Source of the DNA: Octopus vulgaris
Taxonomy: Eukaryota
Assembly: GCA_951406725.2 (NCBI GenBank)
Contig: OX597821.1
Coordinates: forward strand, 45,136,001 to 45,200,000
Direction: 5' to 3'
DNA length: 64,000 bases
Of the stretch, positions 48,951 to 64,000 are shown one piece after another (position 1 is the first letter of the stretch; each line of letters opens with the position of its first letter). The position numbers were made by a program, and so were the translations under genes. The notes under the pieces were generated by a model. It was not told where the DNA came from. It made no database searches and worked only from the letters and a program-made list of their open reading frames with translations.

Positions 48951-50857
48951 TTTTTATACTGTCAGTGATTGAGAAAATTCCATTTAGCTGCGTGAGTCAT
49001 AAAGAATAGTGAACTGACGTGAGGCAGCTGTAATACTTTCTGGGCGATAGAAAATAAATAAAAAGAAATAAACTCCATATACAAGGCGAAATATGAGTTA
49101 ATAAAATCTTAGTGTGAAGTAATTTTTTGGCCTAGCGTTTAACTGAACAGCAGGCTGTATCAGTTATTGTATTTTGAAGACTTCTGCACACGAATAGAAA
49201 TATCTAGAATATCTAAGGCTGAACTATTCCTTTAATCAAATTAAATCCTTTTTACTGGGGGATTTCATTTCTCTCCATGAATGGTAGTCCCGTATACATT
49301 GACTGCTTCTTATAGCGGTAAACTTTATCTAACTACAATATACATTGGTAGGTTGGTAGGTTGATGGTCTGATCCGCATGTAAGTTACACAACTTGGCCA
49401 CACACACATGCACACACGCAACTAAAGATACCCACATACATACATCCACACACGTATGTATGTATGCATGTATGTATGTATGTATGTATGTATGCATGTA
49501 TGTATTTATGTATGTATGTATCTTTATAACACCGATGATGTGATACTGTAAATGAGGAACAACCGTTGGTTACAGGCTCGAATCACTGTTTTACTGTATT
49601 TCTGTCGAGGAGAACGAAAGGGATATCTGTAATTCTTTGCTGAACAAATATTACAAATGATTACTTTTGAATGTCGTTGATGTTTTGATTTCCCACATCT
49701 TGAAGAATCAACACTAACATGGCAATTACTTAGGAGCCAATTCCAGAATTAATTTCATTTTCCGAATCATCACTGAGAGTTTGTAAAAAACAAGGCTTCC
49801 AGTTTCTAATTAGTAATTCCTTCATAATTTTGTAGAATACACGGCTTCCAGTTTCTAATTAGATACTTTTTCCTAATTATTCACAAAGATATCTTTGCAG
49901 TAACTAAGTTACTCGATATTTTTCTTTTTCACTGCTTTCTTTTTGAAGGCTCTTTTCACCTTTCCTGATCCAAGTTGAATTTTTTACCGACCAAGTTTTT
50001 TTTTAGAATTTCTTGTCAGCTGAGACACTGGCGACTGTGTGGATTGGTTTCTGGAAATGATTTTCGAAATTGTTTCGGTATATGGCGATTCTCCCTCTAA
50101 GAATTCCCAGTTTTCGATAACGAAAATTCCTTTTTGTGAAGTTGACTAACTCGAGGCCACTGTCAGTTCTGAGCGAGGGAAGATAAATAAGAATGAAATA
50201 AGCTCCATACTCAAGCTGAAACATTAGGGTGAAGTAACTTTTTGGTCTAGTGTCCAACTGAAAAGACTAAATCAAATATTACATTTTGGAGACTTCCGCA
50301 CCCTAATAGAAGAGAAAGATCAACCAGCTACAGTAATATTATTGGCAGAGATACACAATATAAAACTGAGGATTTACCAAAGCTAATGAAGGACAGAGAT
50401 TAAGTACATATTGAAGTAGAGGGCAAGTAGTGTGGATGATTATGAATATCAACTTTAGGGCATCCATCGCTGCAATATGTTGGTCACTTTAAGCTATTCA
50501 ATAAAACTAGCTTGCGCAGACGTATTCATAGACATACACATCATATCAGAGATGATTGTCCCGCCTTTTGTAACTGGTAAGTGTTGAGGAACATTGAAAT
50601 AATGAGATGAGAAATGAGGAAGTGCAGTGGTTAATTAGAATCAGCAAACAAGAATCTGGTCTTGACTCTTTACAGTTTGAGTTCAAATCCCACCAACATT
50701 AACATTTGTCTTTGACCTTTTCAGGGTCGATAATATGTAATATCAGTCAAATACCAGCGTTAGTTTATATTCCTCTCATGCAACCTTTCTCAACTCTTTT
50801 ACCGTTCTTGACCCATTTTGGCAAATTAGTAACCATATCTTATTCTCTTTTAATATA

Positions 50858-51072
50858 TTGATTTCAAATTTTGGCACAAGGCCAACAATTCCAGAGTAGG
50901 GAATAAGTTGACTACATCGACCCCAGTGTTCAACTGGTACTTATTTTATCGGTCCGGAAAGGATGAAAGGCAAAGTGGACCTCAGCGAAATTTGAATTCA
51001 GAGCGTTAATACGGACGAAATACCACTAAGCATTTTGCCTGGCGCACTAACGATTCTGCCGGCTCATCGCCT
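50858..51072 (-). mobile_element. SINE (GGCAGAATCGTTAG family), older copy
   Basis: Reverse of the head GGCGATGAGCCGGCAGAATCGTTAG and core GCCTTTCATCCTTTC. Confidence 0.85.
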
Positions 51073-51679
51073 TTCTTTTTTAAAATATTACAATGAAGAA
51101 GTACACTTAACATGTCAGTTTTCTTGAGGAAATATGCCTTATATTGCAGTAATTTTTGTGTGGCGGCCCTTATGCCTATAACATAGATATAAAGATTTTA
51201 CAATTACAAGTATTTCAAAACTTTAAAATAATTTGTTTTGGTGACCTTTTCAAAAATATATCGTGACTAAAAGTTTGGGAATGGCTGCAATAATTCATAC
51301 TTGATGTGAATGGAATTCTAAGAAATGTTTACCAAAAGGAATTGCATTTCACTGAAAGTAGTGTATGGCTTAGGCTGTAACATTGGAATTTGCGTCCTGT
51401 TCTATTTGAGTTTACTGCATGAATAGGTACAAAGATATAGCCTTCAGCTCTAGATTTACTCTAGATTTACTGATAAATTCTAAGACACCGCTCCTAGTAA
51501 TATACTGCTTTACAAGACGGGAGCTTGGCACATACATACGCAAGCGCGCGCACACACACGGACACACATATACACATATACACGCAAGCATACACGCATA
51601 CAAGTACACTCATAGACACACACAAATATGTATTATGTATGAAAGTATGTATATACGCACATATATGGATACATATACA

Positions 51680-51754
<75 letters not shown>

Positions 51755-51773
51755 GAAAACAGACAGATAGACA

Positions 51774-51824
<51 letters not shown>

Positions 51825-52082
51825 TGAAAGACAAAGGTGCGCTAATAAGTACATGGCATGTTTAGTTCGTATAGCAAACGAAAACCAATTATGCTGCTGT
51901 AAACCCCGAAGGGACCAAGTACTACACAATTAGGAGGAACCATGAGAAAAATTTAGAACACATGAAAGTTAAAATTATCAATCGATATATTGGGTTTGGT
52001 TTCAATAAAGGATATGATGAAATCTTATCGATTGGTTTTCTCACAACGATTTCTATGTACCTATATACTGTCACACTCACAC

Positions 52083-52154
<72 letters not shown>

Positions 52155-52171
52155 GTGTGTGTGTGTATGTA

Positions 52172-52220
<49 letters not shown>

Positions 52221-53439
52221 GCATGCATTTTCTCTGTGTGTGTATGTGTGTGTTTGCCATGAATTCAGTTATTTGATTGTAAAGGCTTACAACAGTTTCG
52301 TATGCTGGCACAGAGGAAAACAATCTTTTTTACCCTATTGTTGTCGAAAGTCAGTTAAAGGAAAGTGCTTAGAGAAATGGCACAAGTTATCTCAGGAGCA
52401 ATGTAATAGTGAATTACTGCTAATAAATTTCTTGCGAATGATATTAATACACGCACACATACCCAAACACATTCATACATGCATGCATACATACATAATA
52501 CATACATACATACATACATACATAATACTTACATATACACATACATACCCACGCGCGATACCTTGTACAAAATGTATGGCAAATGTAAAGGAGACGGGTG
52601 GTAATTGTGCTTTCGTGTGACTAGAACTGTTATATTTCTTATTAGTTATCATCATAGTTTAAACGGGTTCACATCGTGCGTTCATTGTTGAAACTTTCGT
52701 CAAGAATGGTAAATCTGGGAGGATTTTTGACGCACCCTCTACACACACACACACGCTGTATTAGATTTGAAAGTATCACTAATACATTTTACATGGTGCA
52801 AACATTACCTTGTGTAGAACTTAACGCGCTGGATCGAGATGGGCATTCATTGGAAATAGTTCTTTACCACGATTGAGTTTGTGAATGGTTTTGTCGATGT
52901 AAAATTCTTTGTTTCTTTTACATGCCATGCGATATGTCATATAAGCCTTTAGAAACACGTGAACATTTTTGACGGTCAAGTTGGTTAGTGTGTGTGCATA
53001 CATTTTGCCGTATCAGCGATAATATATAGAGATCTTGTTTCTCAAAGAAGGGACGAATGCGCTGTTTGTGTATTCAGTTTTCCTATATGCAATACCTGGG
53101 TGAATTGAAGCATTAATTTTGTAATCAAAGACTGGTAGCTTTAGAAAGTAATTTTTCCAGCCTTTGATGTTGTACACTACATGAAATGAATAAGGTGGGT
53201 TTTGTATCGGTAACATCACTTGAAAAGTTTACATATGTGCAGAAGAGTCCACTCACACGAATAACTTTTCGGCTGGAAACTATCCGAAAAGATGTCACAA
53301 CAAGGGTATTGTTGTCACTAAAAGGCATAGAAATTTGAAACTTGAAAAAGAGACAGGTAATTCTTATTTACAAAAAATAAAACATCAATTACAATTACAT
53401 TCTGTTAATTGGCTACATAAATAAGTTAATCTGCACTTG

Positions 53440-54178
<739 letters not shown>

Positions 54179-56877
54179 CATATGCAGGCACATATAGACA
54201 CATATGCTCATACACACATAATTAATATGATTTAGAAAATCACCGTAATGTAAGTTATAAATAGTGAAACGCGTGTACAATCGTACAAGTTCTCTGGAAA
54301 TGAATACCAAAAAAAGAAGTTGGTAGGTAGGATTTTTGCTGGTTCCTAGTTCTCATTGGTTAGTGAGAGTCGGTGGTGAGATCAGACCTTCATGTAATCT
54401 TGTTGGAGATATGATCACTGCTTATTTCTGACAAAAAATTTCCGATGGTCAAGGATAGGTCAGTTTTTTTTTCGAGTCTATCATATACCAGCTTGATTAT
54501 GTTTGAAATTTTTGACATTGGTTCAAAATTTCAAGCGTTCATTAACCATAGTTCTTTTGGGTGTAAAACGTTTTGAATGAGCATAACGTAAATCTTTTTG
54601 CCCCATTGATATACTGATGTGTAGTAGGTAGTATTTTCCGGACTCAAGGCAAATTTCCAACTCCTCTGTCCTTCAGATTCAAGACGAAGTGTAATAAGTC
54701 GTTGTTTCTATCTCCGAATCACAAGTTGTATGTATGCTGGTCGAATATGATCTTAGTCATGTGTGTGTATTGTATGATATATGCATGTTTATGTCTACGT
54801 GGAATACACGCACACACACACTCACACATACACATTCACACGCTCAAACATATATACAGGAACACACACACACATACACACACACACAGATTCACACTTG
54901 CACCCGATATTTTCCAGAAGGAGTTGAACTTGGTATTTCCTTTTAAAAAGAAGTATTCGTTAATCTTCTAGTACTCACCTTGCTTACAGTTTTGAGCTAT
55001 ATTTATTAATATTTTAGGCCTTTACAAGCTCTCCCATACTGTTGAGCAATGGAGTTGATGTTTATTTTGAACGTCCCTAGTTTCATACGTGTTGGAAAAG
55101 AAAGGATTAGTATGGAACCCAAGGTAGAAACAGTTTTGAGTGATGAACGAGTGCAGTTGTTTTTAGGTTTTAAGTATGATGAGTGAAGGAACACTGAGTG
55201 CCTGAAGTGAGCATGGGTGATACTCAAAGTGTTAAATCAGTGAAGCAGAAGCTATTATTTTCGAGGATGAAGAGACACCAGGTCTATAAGCCTAGTGTCT
55301 AATGATTGTTGTATTTGTGAATGATATGGCTATGCTAACATGAAGTCTACGATATTTGCGTCAAGTAGCAGAACAACCCCACATTTAAGAGTAATACCGC
55401 ATTGTGGATCGAACTAGAATACTGTAGAGTATAAGTAACCTATCTGTAGTAGAGTATTTTTTAAAACTAAGGGGAAATCTCGTTATTGGAATGTAATATA
55501 TTATTGTAATGTTATATATCTGTGTGTAGTTGTCAGATCCCCAGGTATTGTGAGACAAAGCACTTGTAGCAAATTTGAGATGTTTTAGGTGTTTATTGTA
55601 GGACAAACGTAGCGTTATAAGATTGATTTCTCGATATATGCAGCTACAGATTTTGCGTACTGTTGAAGATGACTAGGTTGTAATGTCTCCAATAGAGGAT
55701 AGTTTTAGATCCTTATCACAAGTTTAGTATACGGAATCTAGATAGTGTAAATGATGCGTTTGTAAGAGTTGTATCATTTGCCATGCAGTGTGTTTGGTGA
55801 AAAGAAATAGGAAGTAGGTCATTAATATAAAAGTGGAAGAGTGTTGGATGCATAACGAAAACTCTACAGAAATCAGTGTTGGAAAAAGAGTTGGGGAGAG
55901 GGGAATATATATGGTTTGAAGAAACAGTTTGAAGTCACTTTCGGTAAGAGTAACTCTTTTGTCAAATGTAACAACATTGCTTTCATCAAAGTTCTTGCGG
56001 AATGAGAGATCACTGGTTCGCGACATAACAGTAGAAATAGAATTGTAGTCGATCTGGAATTGTAGTCGATCTGGTGGACCCTGATAGGAGAAAGAGAATA
56101 AAGACGAGAGAGAAGGTAAGCAGGCGTATTGAACTGCTTAAGAGTTAGATGAATTGGCTTGAAACATCAATATGTTGGTGTTAGTGCACAAAAAAGTGAA
56201 CTGTTCCTTAAGCAGTTTTATATTCTGTCTACCGAGTCAGCTGCATCCCTCCATCAATATCTTGAGAATATCTTAACGAGTATTACTTAGCCTTGCTTGA
56301 TATTAATGAAGAAGTGAGGTGAGGAGGGTCTTCTCTCGTTTTCCTTTAGAACTGTAAGGAAAAAAGAAAAAAAAAAAGAAAAAAGGTCGTTGGAAGTAGT
56401 TTCAGTAGCTGAATAATCATAACAAATCTGATTTATTTCTGTTCGAGAGGTTTATAGAATAGCAAACTATTAAATATATAGATTTTTCCTTGTTTCTACG
56501 AACACAGATTGATTTTTGCGCCTCTAAGTATTTGTATATACTTATGTTTTGAAAGGGAGGTAATGAATAAAGCGAATATAGGAAGGAAAGAGATAGTAAT
56601 GGATGGAAAGAAAGAGGGGGAAAGAGAAGGGGGGAAAGATAAAAGGAAAAAGTATGAAGTTAAGAGAAGGAAGGAGAGGGAGAGGGATAAGAGAGAGGTG
56701 ATAGGAAGAAAAGGATCGAATACTACGGTGAAAATATATTAAAAAATGAATGTAAATAAATATGAAGAGAAGCAAGACCGAGATTATATATAAAGAGAAA
56801 TCCTGAAAAAGAGAAAGAAATAGGTTACAAAGAGGTGGGAGGAGAGACAGATAGAGACATCGTGTGTATGTATGTTT

Positions 56878-56908
<31 letters not shown>

Positions 56909-57073
56909 GATGTGAGTGTGCATGTGTGCACATGCTTATGTGTGTGTGTATGTGTGTGTATGTATGTGTATGTGTATGTGTGTGTATGCGTGTGTGTATG
57001 TGTGTGTGTGTGTGTGTGTGTGTAGAAATAGTACTATGATTGTAACTGAAGTAAAGTGATTATATACACACAC

Positions 57074-57107
<34 letters not shown>

Positions 57108-57166
57108 ACAGACACATACATATAAATCTATCAATAGTGTATATATAATTATATATATGTGTGTGA

Positions 57167-57210
<44 letters not shown>

Positions 57211-57211
57211 A

Positions 57212-58228
57212 CTAGCAGAGATACCCGTGCTGTTCGATAGTTGCTGTGAAACCGCCGTCTTCTAGTTTTCTCCGTCCGTATGATGGATACCCATCAGCAC
57301 CTGTCTGAGTTTCTTGTAGGAACCTCCTTGGAAACCTTTTTGAACATACGCTGTCTTTCAAGCAGGGCGAGTTTATGTTGAATCTACGCCCACATGGACC
57401 ATGCACCATGCACCATGTTTGCTTTAATGTTTCGTATAATATTTTATCTAAAGCTGAATCAGGAAGCTTTGCAGAGATTATCTTATCGATGTCAATGGAT
57501 TTGATCTTCGTTGAGAGCCAAAGCAGGATATGAGCACGTGGAAGGCTCCTTTTTTGCCATTCGATTGTGTACATGTCACATTGTATGGGTCCGATGCCTT
57601 GTCCTTTTTTATGGGCTCCATGAGAGTGATTAACTTCAGATGGAAAACACGGGCGAGGAGGTTATGCCTGTCTTTAGGCTTTTGACCGAAGAAGAGTTCG
57701 GCCTGAATCTCCTTCCACTTGGAATTGCATGTGAAAGTTATGAACAGGTGGATGACAATATATCTCACTTGACAAGGTAGCATGTCTGTTACCATCTTCC
57801 ATTGTCTTGTCGTGAGAAGTAAGTCTTATTTGCCTGTCGTGGTAATGAAATGAGAATGTAAGGGGACAATGTTTTTGAGATTCCGGTTCGAATGTAAGGC
57901 AGGTCTGAAAGTGTTCCCAACAGTTATTAGTAGCAGTGGTAGAATGTTTATGACGAATATGTATGTATGCATGTATATATGTGAGGTAATAGTTTCAGTT
58001 TAATAGTTTCAGTATTAAACTGAAAGCATCTCACATTGCGATAAAGAGATGTTATTGCTTCACTTTTGACACGTAATACTGAAATAGTGTAAGAGATAAG
58101 ATTGCTCTGGGCTCGCATTAGGAAAGAAGTTGAAACTTTTTTGGCCCATGACGTTGCACGGACCGTAAGGCATGGGGAAAATTTGAATGAAATCGGTTGG
58201 GTAGTTCTCGAGTTTTAGGGATTCACAC

Positions 58229-58313
<85 letters not shown>

Positions 58314-58363
58314 ACAAACAGACAAACAAACACATTCTCATCTTTATATACATAGAGAAGAGA
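57212..58363 (-). mobile_element. internally deleted Helitron with both termini
   Basis: Minus strand A^TCTC..TATATAAAG 5' end and CGGGTATCTCTGCTAG^T 3' end; Rep motifs LFITFTCN, DRH.LLARVF, IEWQKRSLPRAHIL, MVHGPCG, CSKRFP, DGYPSY.RR. Confidence 0.9.
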
Positions 58364-58966
58364 TTATGTATATGTATGTGCGTGTTTTTGTGGCTGCGTT
58401 TGTCATTTCCCATTACTTGGTAACAGGTGTTGGTTCGTTTACGCCCTGTAATGTGGAGGTTCGGCAAAATAATCCGATAGAATAAATAGCAGACTTAAAA
58501 AAACAAAAACAAAACAAATATATGTACTGGGGGGCGATTTGTTCAACGGTTATAACTGCCATGGTTGGAGGTATCTCGCCCATAACAACTATATCTTCTA
58601 GAAACGGCCGTAAGATTTTGTACCTATTTAGGGTTTCCTCATGAATCATTTTATTCTAACTTTCTTATCTAACCTCCTCATTGGTTCTAATACGGACATT
58701 CGGACTTCGCAGGTACAACTGTATATTTATATTTATGTGTTTATATACTTATGAATCTTTATGTGCTTGTAAGTTTTTATATATTTATGAATTTTTATAT
58801 ATTTATAAATCTTCGTATGTCTATGTGTTTATAAATTCTTATAAATTATATCATATCTCATAGACGTGAACGCATCTATGTATATTGTATACTCTGGAGA
58901 ATTTTGATAATATCAAATAGATTGATTGAATATGTACACTGACTTGTTTCTCTCCTTCTTACTTAT

Positions 58967-58998
<32 letters not shown>

Positions 58999-59031
58999 AC
59001 GCACACACACACACACACATATATATTTATT

Positions 59032-59062
<31 letters not shown>

Positions 59063-59319
59063 GCTTATGCGCGCGCGTGTCTGTGTGTCTGTGTGGAGAG
59101 AGAGAGAGAGAGGGAAGGAGATAGGGTGAGAGGAGAAAGAGGGAGAGATAGAAGGAATTTGAGGAAGAGAAACTGAGACACGGTGAGTGTGGTGTGTGTG
59201 TGTATACGTATATATAGAATTCTTTATATTGTTCTGTCTATTTGTCTGTCGGTCTGTCATACAAATGCGCGCGCACACACACAAGCACACACACACACAA
59301 AAGCACACACACACACACA

Positions 59320-59376
<57 letters not shown>

Positions 59377-59658
59377 CACACACACACACACACACAAGCA
59401 CACACTCACACATAGACATATATATAGTGAGAGGGATAGAAATAGATAGATAGATAGATAGATATCGAAAGAGAGAGAGAGAGAGGGAGAGATAGATAGA
59501 TAGATGGAGAGAGAGAGAGAGCGTGTGTGTGTGTGTGTGTGAAAAGAAAGACTGAGGAAGACATGAGAAAATGGAAACAGAAAAATTCCCTAAGTAGATT
59601 AATATTTTTACTTACGTTGCCCTTATGGCTAATAAATACAACAACAACAACAACAACA

Positions 59659-59719
<61 letters not shown>

Positions 59720-60189
59720 GTTGCTGTTGTTATTTGCATGTCTGTTGTTACCGTCTTACTTTCGAGTTAGTCTTCCTGCTACTTCCCTTCATTGGAAAAT
59801 AGTTAATGTCAGTAAATTCTTCTATTTGAGTAATATGAGAGGGCGATGGTTACTAGTATCGCTGAAGAAACGGCAGAAGACAGCCAGACTGTTGAAAATT
59901 TTCACAAAATAAAGAAGAAATAACGAACACAAGACCGCAAGCGATCTTAATAATTTGGTTATGTCTACGCTCCATGTGTACTATCTGCAAACGCATATGT
60001 GTAAATATGCCAGTGTAATATTCATATATACAAAAATGCATATATATGCATTCATATACGCACACATACATACATATACGTCTACACATACATGTTCACA
60101 TTTATATATAGGTACGTACGAACGTACGTTCGAACACATCTACATATCTACATACTTACGTATAGACACGTTATTATAATACGATGTTA

Positions 60190-60510
60190 TCTGCATAAAG
60201 GATTTTCCTGGTGGCTATAACAAACGCCCACCAGAAACAGGGTATAGAAATAAAGAATACTGGCGGATCATTCCAATAAAAATAACAATCCTGGATAAAC
60301 ATGATAGGTGAGAAATTATTCTATGGGACAAAGAGTAAAAATCAATCACACTTGTGACAAGATGTCTGGCGGATATGAATATGTCATAAAAAATTGGAGA
60401 AAAGAATATCTATGGGGGAAATAATAATTAGAGGCTTACAATTTTTATATTCAGAATATAGAGTTTTATTCGTACCTGTTATCATAGGCGCAATGGGTTA
60501 CATAAAAACC
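60190..60510 (+). mobile_element. decayed restriction-like-endonuclease LINE remnant
   Basis: IILWDK..IIRGLQFLYSEYRVLFVPVIIGAMGYI resembles the P.IIGALG endonuclease tail. Confidence 0.55.
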
Positions 60511-61479
60511 TACATGCACACCCACCACATAAATGCAAGTTTATCTGCGTACGTATACTTATATGCACACAAAGACTAATCGCCCTGTTCACAAACTTCG
60601 AAACTTCTTTTGATTTAAACAAAAGAGCCTGCTATGCGACCAATTTGAATTGTGCAAAATGTAAATCTGAAATAAGTCTCATAGAAACACATACACAATG
60701 ATGCCGGAAACAACAACAGTCCAGACGTAGAAAACTGTTTAAATATATGTTAAAACATTTTCCTCTACAACTAAGTCGACTAAACACAAACTGGCCCTTT
60801 TCTGTTATAGGTAAAAAGAACTCCTTTTTCACAAACAACTCTTCTATGATAATGATTGACACAGGCAACTGCAACACCAATAGTGTTATCTACAATACCA
60901 GTGACTCTGTTAACTGATAGTGTAAACTAGAAAATGAAACACATTAGCTATCTGAGACCAATCACTTGATTTTTACATTGAAATCAAGATCTGTTCCTGG
61001 CTATCGGAAAAGAAAGAAAAAGCCACGTAAATTCTTCTGTACATATTATGAAACTTTAAAAAGAATTACTGGAGCGAAAATAACTACATTAAGGCACTTC
61101 ATAACTAAACAACAGCGACAACAGACATCTTCCATTATTTGGAAATACTGGCATAGCAAAACTAACTAAAAACTGCCATGGAGAAGAGTTGTAAAAGTGT
61201 ACACAAACAGCTAACTTCATCGCTACTATCATTACCAGCATCACTAATATATACATAAATATATCTATCTCTGATCCAACAGTGATGACTAGACTATTAT
61301 CATTACCATTACTCATCGCTCACGTAGGTGTGTGAAACAGATCCAACAGTCATAACTCTACACTATTATTGCCACCACTTATATATATACTCATGGAACT
61401 GATCAAAGAGAGATCACTCTACACTACCATTACCATCACTCATCCTACATCAGTACCTCATAGTAGAGCAACAGTGGCA

Positions 61480-61995
61480 ATGGTTGTTCGGTAGCTATGG
61501 TAGCTGGGTGTATGCCCTCGCAGGTCGAACCATGCTACAAAGGCACCGTACTACCGACCCTACGGAAGGCCTACATCACGGAAGCGAGCACCTATTCTAT
61601 TCGTTAGAAGGTGGAAGCTAGCTAAACTGAAGAAGTAATAAATGACCTGCATGCCTAGCGAGTGGGGTGACTTCATCTTTAAAGCTAATACAATGCAAGG
61701 AAATAGGCCTCAGTATCCTGCAAGTCAACAGGACCACTGCATGGTGGCAAGCGAAATTCGAACGACCAGAAGCTGCTAAGAATCTCAGGTACCAATAGGT
61801 TGCCTAGAAATCTGATAACAACCCTTGCCATATGTACCTACAACTGCAGGTCTTTGGTAGGGAAAACCGGAACGAACCCTCTAATGGAAGGAAAAAAAGC
61901 AAATCAAATACGATGGGAAGACGATTTAATCAATTTGGATCGAGATGAAAAAGAATGGCGCAATCAGGATAAAATTGGAAGCGCACTGTGACCAG
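61480..61995 (+). mobile_element. RTE-clade LINE internal-deletion derivative
   Basis: Structured 5' UTR, AP-endonuclease start LAICTYNCRSL joined almost directly to C-terminal IRWEDDL..RDEKEWR*. Confidence 0.6.
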
Positions 61996-62086
61996 CTGTG
62001 TATAACAGCATCTAATTGTCTGATCGATACTGTGTGACTAGAATATATATATGTATGTGTGTGTGAGCGTTTGTGTGTGTGCGTGC

Positions 62087-62142
<56 letters not shown>

Positions 62143-62329
62143 CACTTATCACTTTCTTGAGAAAGATGCAGTAATGATCTAATGATGACTGTACACTCTC
62201 GTTACTATCACTCATCACTCATATATACGTATAATATACATACATACATACATACATGCGTACGTACGTACGTGTGTACTGGGTGTTCCTGCTTCTCCTG
62301 TGACACGTACATTATGCAAAGCAAATCTT

Positions 62330-62720
62330 TTTTTTAAAAACGCATAAACCATCCATTACTAGCCTGAAAATGTAGTGCGTAATAATCTCCGGAGCGTGAT
62401 TTTAAAGTCTGAACACAGACTTCTAGCCATTGTTTGCACTGTGAAAAGACGCATGGATGTATTTTTCTGTATTGAATCTTCCATACACATGAATAAAAAT
62501 TTCTCCATTTCATGGAGCATTCATAAGTGCAGAACCTTTCACGTGCTATTGTATTCACCTTCTTTCCGTCTTTATGCTGCCGGATAATCTTCCTTTTACA
62601 GTCTAAATCAATAGCTTTCCTTGACATCCTAGCTGTCGTATCTGTAGATGAAAGCATTTTCTTTTTACCTGTCATTTTAGGGGTATTTGAGATACATTTG
62701 TAACAAACCCACATGCTACT
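62330..62720 (-). mobile_element. pogo/Tigger transposase N-terminal remnant
   Basis: RKAIDLDCKRKIIRQHKDGKKVNTIAR (psq HTH) and FQASNGWFMRF (CENP-B HTH). Confidence 0.85.
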
Positions 62721-62758
62721 GGTGCTTGAAAGCGACTGTGAGACAATGGCAGGAAGAA

Positions 62759-62991
62759 GGCGGCGAGCTGGCAGAATCGTTAGCGCGCTGGGCGAAATGC
62801 TTAGCGGTATTTCGTCTACCGTTGCGTTCTGAGTTCAAATTCCGCCGAGGTCGACTTTGCCTTTCATCCTTTCAGGGTCGATAAATTAAGTACCAGTTAC
62901 GCACTGGGGCCGATGTAATCGACTTAATACCTATGTCTGTCCTTGTTTGTCCCCTCTATGTTTAGCCCCTTGTGGGTAATAAAGAAATAGG
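62759..62991 (+). mobile_element. full-length SINE (GGCAGAATCGTTAG family)
   Basis: Colinear with 45855-46087; short AGGAAG duplication at the flanks. Confidence 0.92.
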
Positions 62992-63165
62992 AAGTGGGTG
63001 CCTAGGTTTGAGAGAGGCCTGCGTTGCCAGATGCTGCCATAGTTATTGTAGGCAGAGCTACGCAACACCCAAATATTGATTATTTTATTTATTTATTAAT
63101 ATATTTTTTGTGGTCATAAGTGCGGATGATCTTAAGACGCATAGGTGGTAAGTCTAGGAGAGAAG

Positions 63166-63233
<68 letters not shown>

Positions 63234-63423
63234 CACAGATGAAATCTAGATATTCTCTGTATAGAAGACATTTAGTAGTGCTCAAAAGATTCAAACTTTA
63301 CAGGGGATCATTCCCACAAAGTAAAGAAATGCTATAAGAGGGATCAAATTGAGTGGGGATAGAAGCAATTATGAAGATAAACAAATTAAACACATAAAAT
63401 GTATTAAATATATTAAATACAAT

Positions 63424-63488
<65 letters not shown>

Positions 63489-63561
63489 CAAATAATGTAG
63501 GATAAACATTTTTATCAATGGTCAGCATATCAAAAAATACCTTTAAAGGTTAAATTTATAA

Positions 63562-63800
63562 ATAACTTACAAAATAAGGGCAAAAGAAGAATTCTAATGC
63601 CAAATATGCCGAAAAATAGACAAAATTGTCAATAACCATTATAATTTATGCGTCTCGAAACAAGCCGATTACGAATTTTTAAAAAATTCGTTATCGGTTT
63701 GTTTCGAGACGCATAAATTATAATGGTTATTGACAATTTTGTCTATTTTTCGGCATATTTGGCATTAGAATTTTTCTTTTGCCCTTATTTTGTAAGTTAT
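63562..63800. repeat. near-perfect spacerless palindrome (~119 bp arms)
   Basis: ATAACTTACAAAATAAGGGC..GCGTCTCGAAAC..GAATTTTT|A|AAAAATTC..GTTTCGAGACGC..GCCCTTATTTTGTAAGTTAT; about 3 mismatches counted by eye. Confidence 0.95.
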
Positions 63801-64000
63801 ATATATATATATATAAATAGATGTGTGTATTTTTCCCTTGTAGAAGTGAAATGTAAGAAGAAAATCAATATTTAAATTATATATAATGGTAGATATCACT
63901 TATATGAACACATGAACTCTTTATACCAGTGTAAAATTACTTCAGGTGCCGATGTCTTTTTATTTCTTCATTTCCTCGAAGAGAAGATTACATTGTTTTA

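Noticed and set aside
54300-56340. Possible very old PLE on the minus strand (similar faint signals at 28080-28580 and 52960-53340)
   Set aside because: Only isolated, ambiguous motif echoes; needs a profile search.

Overview
Eukaryotic, AT-rich, microsatellite-saturated DNA. It is most likely intergenic or intronic sequence from a coleoid cephalopod (Octopus), inferred from the tRNA-derived SINE families. No host protein-coding gene can be supported; nearly all short ORFs in the track are microsatellite read-throughs. The window is a layered transposon landscape. (1) A ~10.5 kb pile-up (28976-39457) of R4/Dong-clade restriction-like-endonuclease LINEs sits in (TAA)n tracts and includes one near-full-length copy; more copies lie at 8.7-16 kb and 60 kb. 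(2) Penelope-like element (PLE) remnants include three copies of a hammerhead-ribozyme module with an unusually long stem II, and a microsatellite-inserted element whose hammerhead core is in permuted (type II-like) order. (3) DNA elements include mariner, Tigger/pogo, a DD41D fold-back derivative and a Helitron with both termini. (4) There are also Tx1, RTE, Ty3/gypsy and probable CR1 fragments, about a dozen SINEs and several long palindromes. All calls come from reading motifs by eye; boundaries are approximate and no database search or folding program was run.
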